Below are positions 11,771 through 23,646 of a stretch of 64,000 bases of DNA, one piece after another (within the stretch, counting starts at the first letter, position 1; the number at the start of each line of letters is the position of its first letter). Under the pieces are notes generated by a model. The model searched no databases and had not been told where the DNA came from. It saw only the letters and a list, made by a program, of their open reading frames with translations. Source of the stretch: Lama glama (lineage: Eukaryota). The stretch lies in the NCBI GenBank assembly GCA_028534125.1, contig CM052816.1, forward strand, positions 21,640,001 to 21,704,000. Reading direction: 5' to 3'. The position numbers were made by a program, and so were the translations under genes.

Positions 11771-12894
11771 TTATAGGATATAGTCTTCCAGGAGTTTTTT
11801 AGTTGACAGCCTAGAGTCTTAACTGTATCTGTCTCTGCTAGCAGTTCTACAGTTCTAATCCTTGTATCCCCAGTATCTAGACACTTCTTTTCAGAGGTTT
11901 TCTGCTTAGCTTCTTAATCTTCCATTGTGCACAGCTTCAGAATTCAGAAAATGTCCTAATGGGTAAACAGGCTGAGTAGTTGACTTATCTCCCCACCCAT
12001 CCCTCCTATCCAATACTCTAACAGTTTAATTTTTGTCTTTCAGTGCCCTTTGAGACTGCCAAGAGTTCTGTTGATTTCCGTGTCTCTTAGCAGTTGCCTT
12101 TTGCTTGGGTCCTTTATCTGGGTCATCAATCTCTTACTCCATGCTTAGAATCAGTAAATGATCTAAGGGTAAAAGAGGCTACAGACTTTTGGCTTACCCA
12201 CCTGAGATTCATTCTTCCCTAGGATCTTGATGCTTAAGCCCTTTTTGCTTTGGCAGTCTGTTGATATCTTTAGACAGATTTTTAAGATTTTATCCAGCTT
12301 TCTTGGTTGTTTTTGATATGAAAAGTGACATGCAATGAGCTGTTCCATCTTAGCTAGGAGTGGAAGTCTTGTTCATTTGAGTTTTGAAAATATATTTTCA
12401 TGTGAAATAAAATACAGATACATAAAACCTTGTCTTTGATATCTTCCATTGTTACCTGGTATAACAAGATGTTCCACGTTCATCTTGAACATTTCCTGTG
12501 TTAAGCATGGAATCAGCCATTAAGGAATCTGTTATGTGTTGGTGCCTTCCTTTCAATCCCACTGTGGTCCTGGAAACAAACACAAGATTACCTTGGAGAC
12601 GAGGCACTGTTTTCAGTAAGCTTTATTAACCTACTTAGTATTAACATGTTCACTATGGTGCCAAAGAGTCGAGCATTTCATTAGGCATTTTGGTAGTGTG
12701 CTAAGGATCTTACAATCTGTTATTTCAGACTCACAGCTCTTTAGAATAGATACAGAAGACATTGAAGGTCAAAAGGCTATTTAATGTATCTGAGGTCACA
12801 TGAGGTCTCATTGCTGGTTAGTGAAAGGCCTGAAAGTCAAACCTGATCTGGCAGCTTACCCAAGCCTTTGCTCTGAAAAAGTAATTTATATTTT

Positions 12895-13110
12895 TATTCA
12901 TTCAACATTTATTAAAGAACTGATGTGGTAGCAAAGATAAAGAAAATACTGACTCTACCTTTAAATAATTTGGAGTACTGGAACAGATCATAAATAGATG
13001 TGTAGGTGTTGAGAAGTCTGATAACAAAGAACCTAGTGCTTGAGGAGCGCAGGAGAGGTCTAATGTAACCAGAGAAGTTGGTATCACATTAGATCTGAGT
13101 CTTAAAGCAT
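12895..13110 (-). mobile_element. L2 3' end fragment
   Basis: ttcattcaacatttatt (inverse of the L2 terminal aataaatgttgaatgaa). Confidence 0.6.
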
Positions 13111-13769
13111 AAGTAGAAATTTGTTTTTCTGCTATCATAGTTTAAAATACATGCACATGGCTTAAAAAATAAGGAACAGAAGAACTTACCATGAATAATG
13201 CTTCCCTACCCTCCTCTAGTCCCCTTTCTTAGAGGAACCTTTTAAAATTGTCTTTGTTTTTTAATTTTTTTTTTACTATAAATCATATTCTTACAAAGTG
13301 CTGTCTCTTGGTTTTTCCACTTTAGAAATTTGAAAGATGATCATCTAGATTTACTATCCTTTATTACACCTCCTCCTTTTATCACTTTTTGATAATTAAC
13401 ATTATTTATAGTCTTTTCCTCATTGCCTGATAACACAAATTTCCTTTTTGTTCTGTGAGCCTAAGGTAGCATCTCTGACATTTTAGTATGTGAGATGAAG
13501 ATCTAGACTAGTATTTGACCAAACAGCTGGTCACCATAGCCTAGTCAAGCTGACATATACATTAGCTATCACATGCCATTTTACCTACCAACTTCTATTA
13601 GTTGTACTCTGGACACTGCTTTTATACCAGGATAAATTGATAATAAAAATTGAAAAACCAAATATTATGTATGTATCTTAAACTTACAGTCATTATAATG
13701 TTGATGGAGCCATCATAAAAAATAATCTGTGCCTTATTTGTCTAATAAAATTCAAAACAAATCTACAAT

Positions 13770-14130
13770 GTGTATTATTTTGTTAGGGCTGCAATAACAA
13801 AATATCACAGACTGGGTGGTTTAAAACAAACTTACTTCCTCACAGTTCTGGAGGCTAGAAGTCCAAGATCAAGGTATCAGGAAGTTTGGTTTCTTGTGAG
13901 ACCTTTCTCTCTGGCTTGCAGATGAATTTTTCTATGTCTTCATATGGTCACCCCTTGGTCTGTGTGTTGTCTGTGTCCTTATCTCTTCTTATAACGGTAC
14001 TAGTTATGTTGGATTAGGTCCCACCCATATGACCTCATTTTACCTTAATTACCTCTTTATGGTCCTAATTCCAAATACAGTTGCATTCCAAGGTACTAGG
14101 ACTTAAACATCCAAATTTTGGGGAGATACA
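13770..14130 (-). mobile_element. MaLR LTR (MLT1A-like)
   Basis: tagggctgcaataacaaaatatcacagactgggtgg...ctcacagttctggaggctagaagtccaagatcaagg. Confidence 0.85.
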
Positions 14131-14139
14131 TAATGCTAC

Positions 14140-15645
14140 TAGGAAATCATGTTAGATCTGAGACCCTATTGGGAATAAAAGAAGCACTTGCCCTTATTTG
14201 TATACCAGATGTAGCCCATCATGAACAAATGTGTCAGATACTATGTTTGCACTAAGAATGTCATAACAATAGAAGAAATTTTGATTTTATTTAAGAGCTT
14301 AAGTGATATAGGCTATTCTATGAAATTCTTAATACAAAAATCTTTCAGGCCAGGGTTATGTTAATGGTACAAATACTGCAGGTGTGTATACAGAGTGTAT
14401 AAGCCATTATTTCACCCCAAAATGATTATACCACATTTGCTTAATGTGCAAAAAGGCCACTTTTGATGAATTCACATATACCCTTTTTAGTACTGTACAA
14501 ATGATATATATGTGTGTGTGTGTATATATATAGTAAATTCAGTGAGCAGACAGAATACTATGTTCTAAAAAGTACATTACAGGCATCAAGATCGAATGCA
14601 CTCGAGGCACTTCACACAAAGATGTTTGTCAAATGTTAGAAAACATAGCATCAAAGGACAAAATACAACATGGTGAAACAGAAAGCACTATGGTGCAAAT
14701 AGATTACAAATGTTTATGCAACTTATCTGTATGGCATAATATTGTGAAATAAGTGGGAAAAGAAAAAAACACATAACTATAAAAGCTGCATGCTTTAATA
14801 GGTCTATGTCTTTGTTTATAACAAATGAGAGCAAGTAACTCTGCAAGTATGTTTGGTTAATGTAAAACTTTAGCAAGAGATAGGAATATATTTCCTGAAT
14901 TTGAAAATGAAGAGAAATTGTTAATGTACAAATTGCTGGATGAGTGTTTCAATTATAGGAAAAGTGTTTATCAAATAGAAATTAAGGAGATTATAAATGC
15001 CCTAGAAATGGAGATATGGAAAATCAAGTGAAATGCCTTCAGATATTTTGAATTTTTACCTGGAGAAAAGTTACTTTTTATGAATACATCAGATTTACAG
15101 AAAGCAGCCTCTTCAATAGTCTAATGATTTAACTCCTGTGTAAATTTCATCTGAAGTAGTTTTAAGCACCATACAACAGCAATAATTGGTAATATAAAAT
15201 CAGCATTGTGTTTGGAGCCTCTAAAACTGATTCACGAATTTTTCTTAGTGCAATCTTACCCAATTTGGAAGTGGTCTAGGGAATTTTATTCTAAACAATA
15301 CCAGTCACAATGGCATCGTACAAAAGTTTCAGTAAATTGAAATTAAATTTTATTCAATTTAAAATGACAAGATTGCACTTTGTCAAGAGAAGTAAACTTT
15401 GAAATTTTTATTGGTGAGTTTGCTTCCATTAAAACCGGGAAAATAAATGTAGTAATTTTTATTTTTGGTAAAAATAAAATAAACTTAATGTGAATTTCAA
15501 AATACCAATCTTTTCAATTTTCCAATAATTTTAACTAATTTACTATTTGGGGGACATTAACTATTAAAAAATACACAGAAACATGTACATGAGGGGCACA
15601 CGAGTCCTTCTGGCTCAGGCTCTAACATGGCTTGGCATGGCCCAT
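14140..15645 (+). mobile_element. Decayed hAT DNA transposon (Zaphod/Tip100-like) with a transposase C-terminal remnant
   Basis: ~15255-15450 reads TIPVTMASYKSFSKLKL..GEFASIKTGK (hATC dimerisation motif); right end ggcttggcatggccc resembles a Zaphod/MER115 TIR. Confidence 0.65.
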
Positions 15646-15681
15646 TCTTGTTTCCAAACTTGGCATCTGAACTCTAACATT

Positions 15682-15830
15682 AGAGATGCCAGATTTAACA
15701 AATAAAAATACAAGATACCCAGTTAAACTTTAATTTCAGATGAACAACGAATAATTTTGCATGAGCTATACTAAAACTTTATCCGAAATTCAAATTTAAC
15801 TAGGCATCCTGTATATTATCTCGCCACCTT
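15682..15830. mobile_element. MER53 palindromic MITE, internally deleted
   Basis: gccagatttaacaaataaaaatacaagatacccagttaaa...aaattcaaatttaactaggcatcctgtat. Confidence 0.85.
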
Positions 15831-16089
15831 AAACATCATTATCTTACATAGTTGAGATATCTGCCTGCCTGCTTCTGGGTCCACCAACGCCGTCTCGTCA
15901 TCCAGACCGCTGGTTATACAGTGATGCCCGTGGGGGGTGGGGTGTCACACGGGAAGTCACGAGGCTTCATGTCACGTTGAGCGGCCTGTAGGCACGTCCC
16001 ATCCTTACCAGGTCAGGGAAACCCCGAATCCTCACCCTGTGGAGGGATAGCAGCTGGGGAAGGCAGAAAGCACTCTCCCGCCCGGCTGC

Positions 16090-16430
16090 CTCTGCTCTAG
16101 CCACAGTGGCCTCAGGCCTTTGTGCTTCCTAGTCCCTCTGCCTGGAATACGCTTCCCTCAGGTAGTCAGAGTTTCTGCCTTCATTCCCTTGGGAATGACA
16201 TAGTACCACGTTCTCAGACACCACATCAGATGGGCCCTTCAAGACTACCGTGGAGGATCTGCGTCCTCATTCCTCCCCTTCTGCTTCTTTTTCTTCATAG
16301 CGCAAACCACCACTAGTTAAAGACATCTATTTGTGCATCAACTTATGATCTGTCTCCCCCAGTTGGAAAAGAAGCTCCTCGAGGGAAGTTTTATTTTCCC
16401 ACTGCTCTATCCCCAGCGCCTGAAATAGTA
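16090..16430 (+). mobile_element. L2 3' fragment between two CpG-rich patches
   Basis: ccctctgcctggaatacgcttcc...cactgctctatccccagcgcctgaaatagt. Confidence 0.7.
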
Positions 16431-16435
16431 TTACA

Positions 16436-16900
16436 CTACACGCGGCTTCGCCCTCAGGAGTCACGGAAGTGAAGCCTTCGGGAGGGACCTAAGTACCCGG
16501 ATGGGGGCCTTGTGGGATTTCCGGCAAGAGGCGGGGCCTGTGCGCGGTCTTGGGAAGGGGCGGGACCTGTGGTCGCCTGAGGGAAGGGCGTGCGACTAGA
16601 GGTTTCTGGAAAGGCTGTGGGCCTGTGGCGCAATTCCCCAGTTCCCAGAGGTGAGGCGGTGAGAGCTGGTGCTGGGCCCTCGCGGATGCGGCGGTGTCTG
16701 TGGCTGCTCTGGTTTAGGGTTTCTGGCTGGCCCCACCGGTCAGGCCTGTCCGTTCGGAGCAGGCCCTGAGGACCGGCTTGGTCCTGCGTGGGGCCTCTGG
16801 AGGGCTTACGCACAGGGTGGGCGGAGTGCAGGACGTGCCCTGGGGGAGGGCTTGGAAACGTCCAGTGCTGTCTGGGACGTTGCCAAGGCTGAAGCGATTT
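16436..16900. promoter_or_regulatory. CpG-island-like promoter with a candidate + strand first exon
   Basis: Dense CpG; ETS CGGAAGTG 16464-16471; GGGATTTCC(GG) 16514-16524; GC boxes 16528-16537 and 16557-16566; splice donor GAG|GTGAGG at 16651. Confidence 0.75.
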
Positions 16901-19305
16901 TGAAGTTTGTTTGTTTTTTTTTTGAAGAGGTTTATTAAACTTTGGTTTAGATTCTTTATTCTAAATGTGGGGAAAATAAATTTTTTGTGAAGCGTTTGGT
17001 TAAGGGAAATAATTGGTAGGAAAGAGCCATGGGTATTTGGCAAACCAAAGTTTTGTGTTTTAAAGGAACTTTTAGGTGTCTTTATGAGAAAAAGTGCTTC
17101 TATAATGTGAAGCATTACCACGCTCCCAGGAGACCTCTCTTCCTTGATATCACTGTCTTCTCTGAAGTCACCTCCTCCTTGCCCTTACTTTGTGAATCTG
17201 CAGCCACTAAGCCCTGCTAAAGTTATAGCCAAAACCCTCAATGGGCTCCCAGTTGTCATCTCGTCTGCCGTCCTGATTTCACTGGCAAGCAGCTTAAAAC
17301 TATGTGCTGTATTTACTGTTTATTTTTTGACATAGTAAATCTACCACAACTAATTTCCTGAAAACCTTGAAGTGTTCAGGGTCCTCCTAGTGGCCAAACT
17401 CAGTAGACGCTTTTGACTTTTTTTCCTTTCAGTGAGGGAAAGATCTCTTCACGATTCCTGATTCTCCTTTTTTCCCAGCCTCCCTTGCTCGCACTTTTCA
17501 ATGGCCCAGATTTCTCCTATGTATGTTGCCTGGTCCCTGTTTCCTTTTCACAATACTGCACACTGTAGGAGGAAGGATTTTCTTTACTCTCATTGCTGTA
17601 CCAACCATTTGTATGCTTATAATTTATTAAACTGCAGTCAGATCTTTCTCCTGAGTTCTCTTGTAGCCCCTTATAGCCAACTTCCTCTTGGATATTTCTA
17701 CCCGAACTTCGCACATAAATTTAGAATGGCTGTCACGGATTATTCAATGAATGATCATAAATAGGGCCGGAGGTCGGAAAAAAATACAGTTACAGTGACT
17801 ATTAATCTTTGGAGTGACAGCCCCTCTTAAGAATCTTATGAAATCAAAGACTTTTTCCCTAAAAAGGTGCACACTAATTTCTGCATATAGTTTCAGAACT
17901 TCCTAGACCTGCTACAGTTTGAAAACTCAGATCTTAGATTAGGGCTTCCTAAAGTGATGAAAAAATGAAAAGTATATTTTCATATATACATCAGATTTAG
18001 AGTTTTACCGTGAGAATACATTGTATTCCATTCTCCATTGACTAGTAACGCGAATTAATCCATCAAACTTATTTATAGGAACTTGGTCTTTGGAAGAAGA
18101 ATCGAGAATGGAAAGTTAGGCGCACAAGAAAGAGAGTTTGATTAACTGTGTAGATTGTGTATATCACAGTTCAAATTGGACCTACCTTAATCTGGTCAGA
18201 GATCAGGGTCTTCTGCAGACTTTCCAGAAAATGCTTGCTAGTGAGAGTGTAGCCTTCTCCCCTGAGGACCTGAGTACAGGTCTGAGGCCTGGTGCTTGGT
18301 AAGAGCCCTGAGTGTGGAGGCAAGAATGATAGAGAGGCAAGAGATTTCAGGTTTGTTGTTGTTTTAGCAGAATCTTTCTTCTTTGATGATTTGTAGGGTC
18401 AGTGATCAGTGATTTTCTTAGTTCCAGAGTTATTCCCTTGATTGTCAGTGAGTGCTGCTTTGAAATTGACCCCTCTCTCTCCTGAATGAAATCTGTCTCA
18501 TTTCTCTTGTTCTTGTGCCAATAGGCCAAAAGGCTCCTAAATATATATATATATTTTAATAGAGATGAGAACTAAGGAAACATTGGCCACTGTTTTTAAA
18601 AACCCTTCTCTTGGCTTCCATGAGAAGCCAAACCGATTGTATTCTTATTTTTCTTGTATCCCCTTGACTAAAACTTCTTAACTCTCCCTGGCCCTTTTTT
18701 CTCAGTCCTCAGTTATGGCTCGGTTTCTTTGTACCCATTTTGATTTCCCAGAAGGGTCATAATTTCCAAATATTGCCTATGTATTGAAAACTCTTCAGTC
18801 TTTAATTCTAATCACTTTCCACCTAGCAGCTCCAGCATTGCTTAAATGGCACACAAGTTCTTCCATCTGAATACATCCAAACTAGGTTCATTATGCTTCA
18901 TTTAAGTGGTTCCTGTTTCTGTTTTACGTGTCTTTGTGCATGGCAAAAATAACTGATCATTTCTCCTAGCTACAGACTCATGTGTGATCCCAGATTCCGT
19001 CTTCTCTCTCCACTGCTGTTAATAACTAATCATGTGAAATTTCTTTCTAACATTCATTGCTTTGTTCTCTTTTCACTGTGCCAGGAAATTAGTGATTTGT
19101 TTCCATTTTGTTTTTAGTATTTTCAGCAACTTGGAGTTTAGGTATGTACTTCCCATTTTACTTATTAGAAAATAAGCTTACTTTTTAGATTATTAACTAC
19201 ATAAAGAAAGTGTATGTACATGTTACTGCTAAACATTTAGGCAAAACCGAAATAGAGCAAAATGTTACAATGCCTCCTCTCCCCATTTTCCTTCTTTCTC
19301 TAGAG

Positions 19306-19511
19306 CAGTGGTTTTCAACTGGACAGTATTTGCCCCACAGGGAATATTTGGCAAAATTTGAAGATAATTTCGATTGTCATGACTGAGAGGATGCTATTGG
19401 CATCTAGAGAATAGAGACTAGGGATGCTTCTAAATATCTACAGTATGTGACCCCTACAATAAAGAATTACTGGGTCCCGAATGTCAGTAGTGCCAAGGTT
19501 GAGAAACAGTG
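19306..19511. mobile_element. MER20 (hAT-Charlie)
   Basis: cagtggttttcaac...gtcagtagtgccaaggttgagaaac; 8-bp TSD ctctagag/ttctagag. Confidence 0.9.
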
Positions 19512-19544
19512 TTCTAGAGGTAATCACTGTATATTTATCTATAA

Positions 19545-19752
19545 CTGCATTGTCCAAACTATAGACACTAGCAACATGAGGCTGTTTAAATTGAAAGTAA
19601 TTCAAATTAAATTAAAAATTCAGTTCCTCAGTTGTATTAACTACATTTTAAGTGTTCAATAGCCACATGTGGCTACTGAATTGAGTAGTAGATTATAGAA
19701 CATTTCCATTATTGCAGTAACAGTTTTATTTTTTTTTGTATTGAACAATGCC
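19545..19752. mobile_element. MER3 (hAT-Charlie)
   Basis: aaattcagttcctcagtt...aatagccacatgtggcta...tagaacatttccatt. Confidence 0.8.
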
Positions 19753-19969
19753 TCAGGTATATATCATGCAAATAAATTATACTTTACATAAACTGAATCA
19801 TATTAAACATGTTGTAAAGTTTACTCTGTTAATAGTATGTCTCTAAGATTTTTCTGTTCTTAACATATACAGTATACAACTAGAAATTTAAATGTAATGG
19901 TCTTGTGAGATAATTCAATTTTATAATTTAGCAATATACTTTAATTTTACCTTTTTGAAAGTTTATGTT

Positions 19970-20640
19970 CATGAACTCATACAGTATGTATTATGTTTTT
20001 CTGGCTTAATTTAGTCAGTGTTATGTTTTTAAGATTTATCCATGTTATTTTTGTGTACCTGTAGCTCATTCCTTTCAAGTATTCTGTGGTATTCCTTCGA
20101 ATTGAAACTATGGTAATAGTTTCTTTATGCATTCTACTGTTGATGGACATTTGAGTTTCTTCCACTTTGGCTATATAATGAACTCTGATGTGAATATTCT
20201 TGTTCTTGTTTCCTGTACACATATTTCTGTTCAGTTGATGGGAATGGAATTACTGGGTCATTGAAATTTATTAGATTATGCCACTTTCTCAAAACAGTTG
20301 TATTTTCACTTCACCAGCCGTGTGTGAGTTCCCATTGTACTGCAGTCCATACCAATATTTTCCATTTGTCAGAATCTTGAATTTCAGACTTCCTGATGGT
20401 GTGTGCTTGTATCTTGTAGTTTTATTTTGCATTTCTCTGATTATGAATGAAACTGAACACCTTATGTATATTTATTGGCCGTATGGATATCTTCTTTTAT
20501 GAGTTCTTTTTGAGTCTGTAGTCCATTTTTCTGTTGAGTTGTTCTCCTTAATCATTTGTTGGAATACTTTGTATAGTCTTCATGCAAGCTTTTTACTGGT
20601 AGTATATGTTGCAGAAATATGCTTTAGTGATTTGCCTTTT
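19970..20640 (-). mobile_element. Old L1 (L1ME-like) 3' fragment
   Basis: Antisense L1 3' phrases (gttgatggacatttgagtt, tgcatttctctgattatgaatga). Confidence 0.75.
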
Positions 20641-21601
20641 CTCTCTCTCAATTGTAATTTTTTGTTTGTTTCTTAGAAATATCAAGGTTTCATCCTAAGA
20701 TCATTCAGCAACAGTAAAATAATTCTGAGAGCCTGCTTTTAATTTAAGTGGGTTTAGTTCCTCAATTCCAAAGTTTATAATCACTTTAATATGATCTGAA
20801 AAAAAAGAAAAATAGTTCTATAAATCATGATGTTTATAAAAATTAATTCTTTCACATTGTAATCCAGTTTTGGAGATAGCCACCAGTAAATTGTTAACAA
20901 ATGTCTATACTTGGACATATCACTTAAATATTTAGAGCATTGGGTTTTTCCAAACAGTAAAAAAGTCCTTGTCTTATCTACCTTGCAGAGTTTGTTGGAT
21001 GCCGTATCAATGCTAGCTAATACTAACTTAGAATATGGTTATTCACTTTTTAAGTTCTTCACATCCTAGTGACACAATAAGATACCTGACCCACATCATT
21101 TACTGTGTGACCTAGGGCAAGTTAACTTAATGACTCTGTGCATTAGTTTCTTTAGCTATAAAAATTGTCTAATACATCAATTCCATAACTTCATTGTTAC
21201 AGATGATAACCTATTGCTTAGACAGAATAAATGAGAGGATTTATAAACGAAAGGACTAAGCAGATGATTTAGTTTTCCTAATTCGTCAAGTCAAGGGGAG
21301 AGTTATAAGTACTATATGTTCTGGGTAAAATTACAGCATCACCTCAAAGAGACAGCCACTTACCCCTTGGTTAAATATTCTTCCTAAAGTATTTCTTGGA
21401 GATCAGAGTGGGTGGGGATGTAGTCATGAGCCTGACCTCACGTTACTTATAGGGAAATGAGTGGTCTGCCCATTTATTTCATTGAAATAAGCATACACGG
21501 CCTTTAGGGAAGACTTCCATTGTCCTTCAGGTAATATAAGTCTTTAAACTTCATTCTTTTTCAGAATTTCTCAAAAATTTTCAAAATTTTGGCTGTTCTA
21601 G

Positions 21602-22044
21602 TGTGCAATGTGAAATAAACTGGAGTCACTTATGACAAGGTTTTTTTCTTTTTAATGGAGCAGGGAGGTGATTAAGGAGGTAAACCTTACATACCTCCTC
21701 ACCAGGTGGAACCATGATCTTTTGAACTGGGCCAAATTACAAACATTCCAAGGATTCTGCAAGAACACCTGCAACTTGTTACAGTAATGAACTTTTAATT
21801 CCTTCTAATGATAGCCTTAACACTCAGTCATATTTAGCCTAGTAGAATAACTTCTGCTTCCACCTTCAATTAAAATTCTTCGTAATGCAAACTTCCATTC
21901 TCTGCCTTTAAAAGTCCCTGACTTTCACTCTCCAGCTGGACACAGGGTTGCTACACAAATCTGTGTACCCCAAATTGCAATTCTTTGATCCCAAATAAGT
22001 GCTTTTTGCTTGATTATTGCCTCTTAGGTTTATTTGGGTTGACA
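21602..22044 (+). mobile_element. Solo ERV1-class LTR inserted into an old L1
   Basis: TG...CA ends; 4-bp TSD ctag/ctgg; splits the L1 phrase tttggctgttct|gggtcccttgcatttccatatg; TATA-like ctttaaaa and polyA-like aaataag. Confidence 0.7.
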
Positions 22045-23103
22045 CTGGGTCCCTTGCATTTCCATATGAATTTTGGAGTTAATTTGTCAGTTTCTTCAAG
22101 AACACCAGCTGAGATTTTGATAGGGATTGTATTGAATCTGAATCAATTTGGGGAGTATTGCCAACTTAATATTAATTCTTCCAGTCCAAAGCATAGAATG
22201 TTTTTTTCATATATTTAGAGTTTTGAAAATTTCAGCAGTGTTTTGTGGTTTTCAATGTATAAGCCTTATGATTTTGTTAAATTTCTTTCTATGTAGTGTA
22301 TTCTCTTTTTTTTGAAAGGTAAAAGCTCAAAACATTTTTAAAAAATTTTTAAAAGTTTATTTTAGGAAGAGCAACTCATCAAGAGATAAAATTGTTTTAA
22401 AATTTACATATATGTACTGTTCATTGTTTCTAAGAGCAGTTTAGAACTTTAGCTTTTTAAACTTACATAGTTATCAAGAGAATAAAGGCAACAACAAAAT
22501 AAGAATAAACAGAATGCAGTAATCAATCATAAAGGACAGTCAAATGTTTTTATACATATTCAAGAAATCAGTCATCTAAGTTATAAATAATGTCATTCAT
22601 TTGTGTCTTTTTTAGATTCCACATATTAGTGATATCATATGGCATTTTTCCTTCTCTTTCTGGCTTGCTTCACTTAGAATGAAAGTCTCCATGTCCATCC
22701 ATGTTGCTGCAAATGGCATTATTTTATTCTTTTTAATGGCTGAGTAGTATTCCATTGTGTATATATACCACATCTTTATCCTGTCATCTGTTGATGGACA
22801 TTTGGGTTGTTCCCATGTCTTGGCTATTGTAAATAGTGCTGCTATGAATATTGGGATGCATGTGTCTTTTTGAATTATTTTTTTCCACATATATGCCCAG
22901 GAGTGGGATTGCTGGATCATATGATAAGTCTATTTTTAGTTTTTTAAGGAGCCTCCATATTGTCCTCCATAGTGGTGGCACCAGCTTACATGCCGTCCAA
23001 CAGTGCTGGAGGGTTCCTTTTTCTTCACACCCTCACCAGAATTTATCGTTGGTAGACTCTTTAATGATGGCCATTCTGGCTGGTGTGAGGTGATATCTCA
23101 TTG

Positions 23104-23646
23104 TGAGAAGGAAGCGCCATAAAAAGACCTAGGCAGGGCTGCTGCTCTCCTCTTAGCACCGACCGGTTCCCTGGCCCAGAGGCTCTGTCTCACTTTTTGT
23201 CTTTAAAGTGGCTAACTTATACCTAGGATTCTGTTGGTTCCCTGAGCTCACTTCTGATTGGTTATTTCCTTCACTCCTGATTGGTTATTACTCTTACTTC
23301 TGATTGGTCCACTTCCCTAACTTCTGATTGGTCCATTTGTAATACTTTATTTACATGGAGCTCACTCCTGATTGGTCTGTTTCTACAAAGCTTGTTCCTG
23401 ATTGGTCAACTTCTGTTGTACTTTATTTGCATATGATGTTGCAGAGTGTAAAACTGGCAGCCTATAAAAGGCCTGTGTAAACCTACAGACGGGGTTCAGA
23501 GCTTGAAGTGTTAATGCCTCCGGGCATGGTGGCATAATAAACCTGAGTTCTCCAACTCTCCAAATGCTGCTTGGTCTCTCGCCCGGATCCAGATTGCTGT
23601 CACAACTGAGCTGTAACACTGAGCTGTAACACATTTTTCCACAACA
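23104..23646 (+). mobile_element. Solo ERV1-class LTR with a CCAAT array, nested in L1
   Basis: TG...CA ends, perfect 4-bp TSD attg (23100-23103, 23647-23650), TATAAAA 23463-23469, AATAAA 23536-23541. Confidence 0.9.

Noticed and set aside
16454..17121. ORFs of 89-135 aa over the CpG island
   Set aside because: Pro/Gly/Arg-rich open frames typical of stop-poor CpG islands
23250..23410. CRISPR-like regularly spaced short repeats
   Set aside because: 9-bp CCAAT-box repeats with related spacers inside an LTR in mammalian DNA; no cas genes
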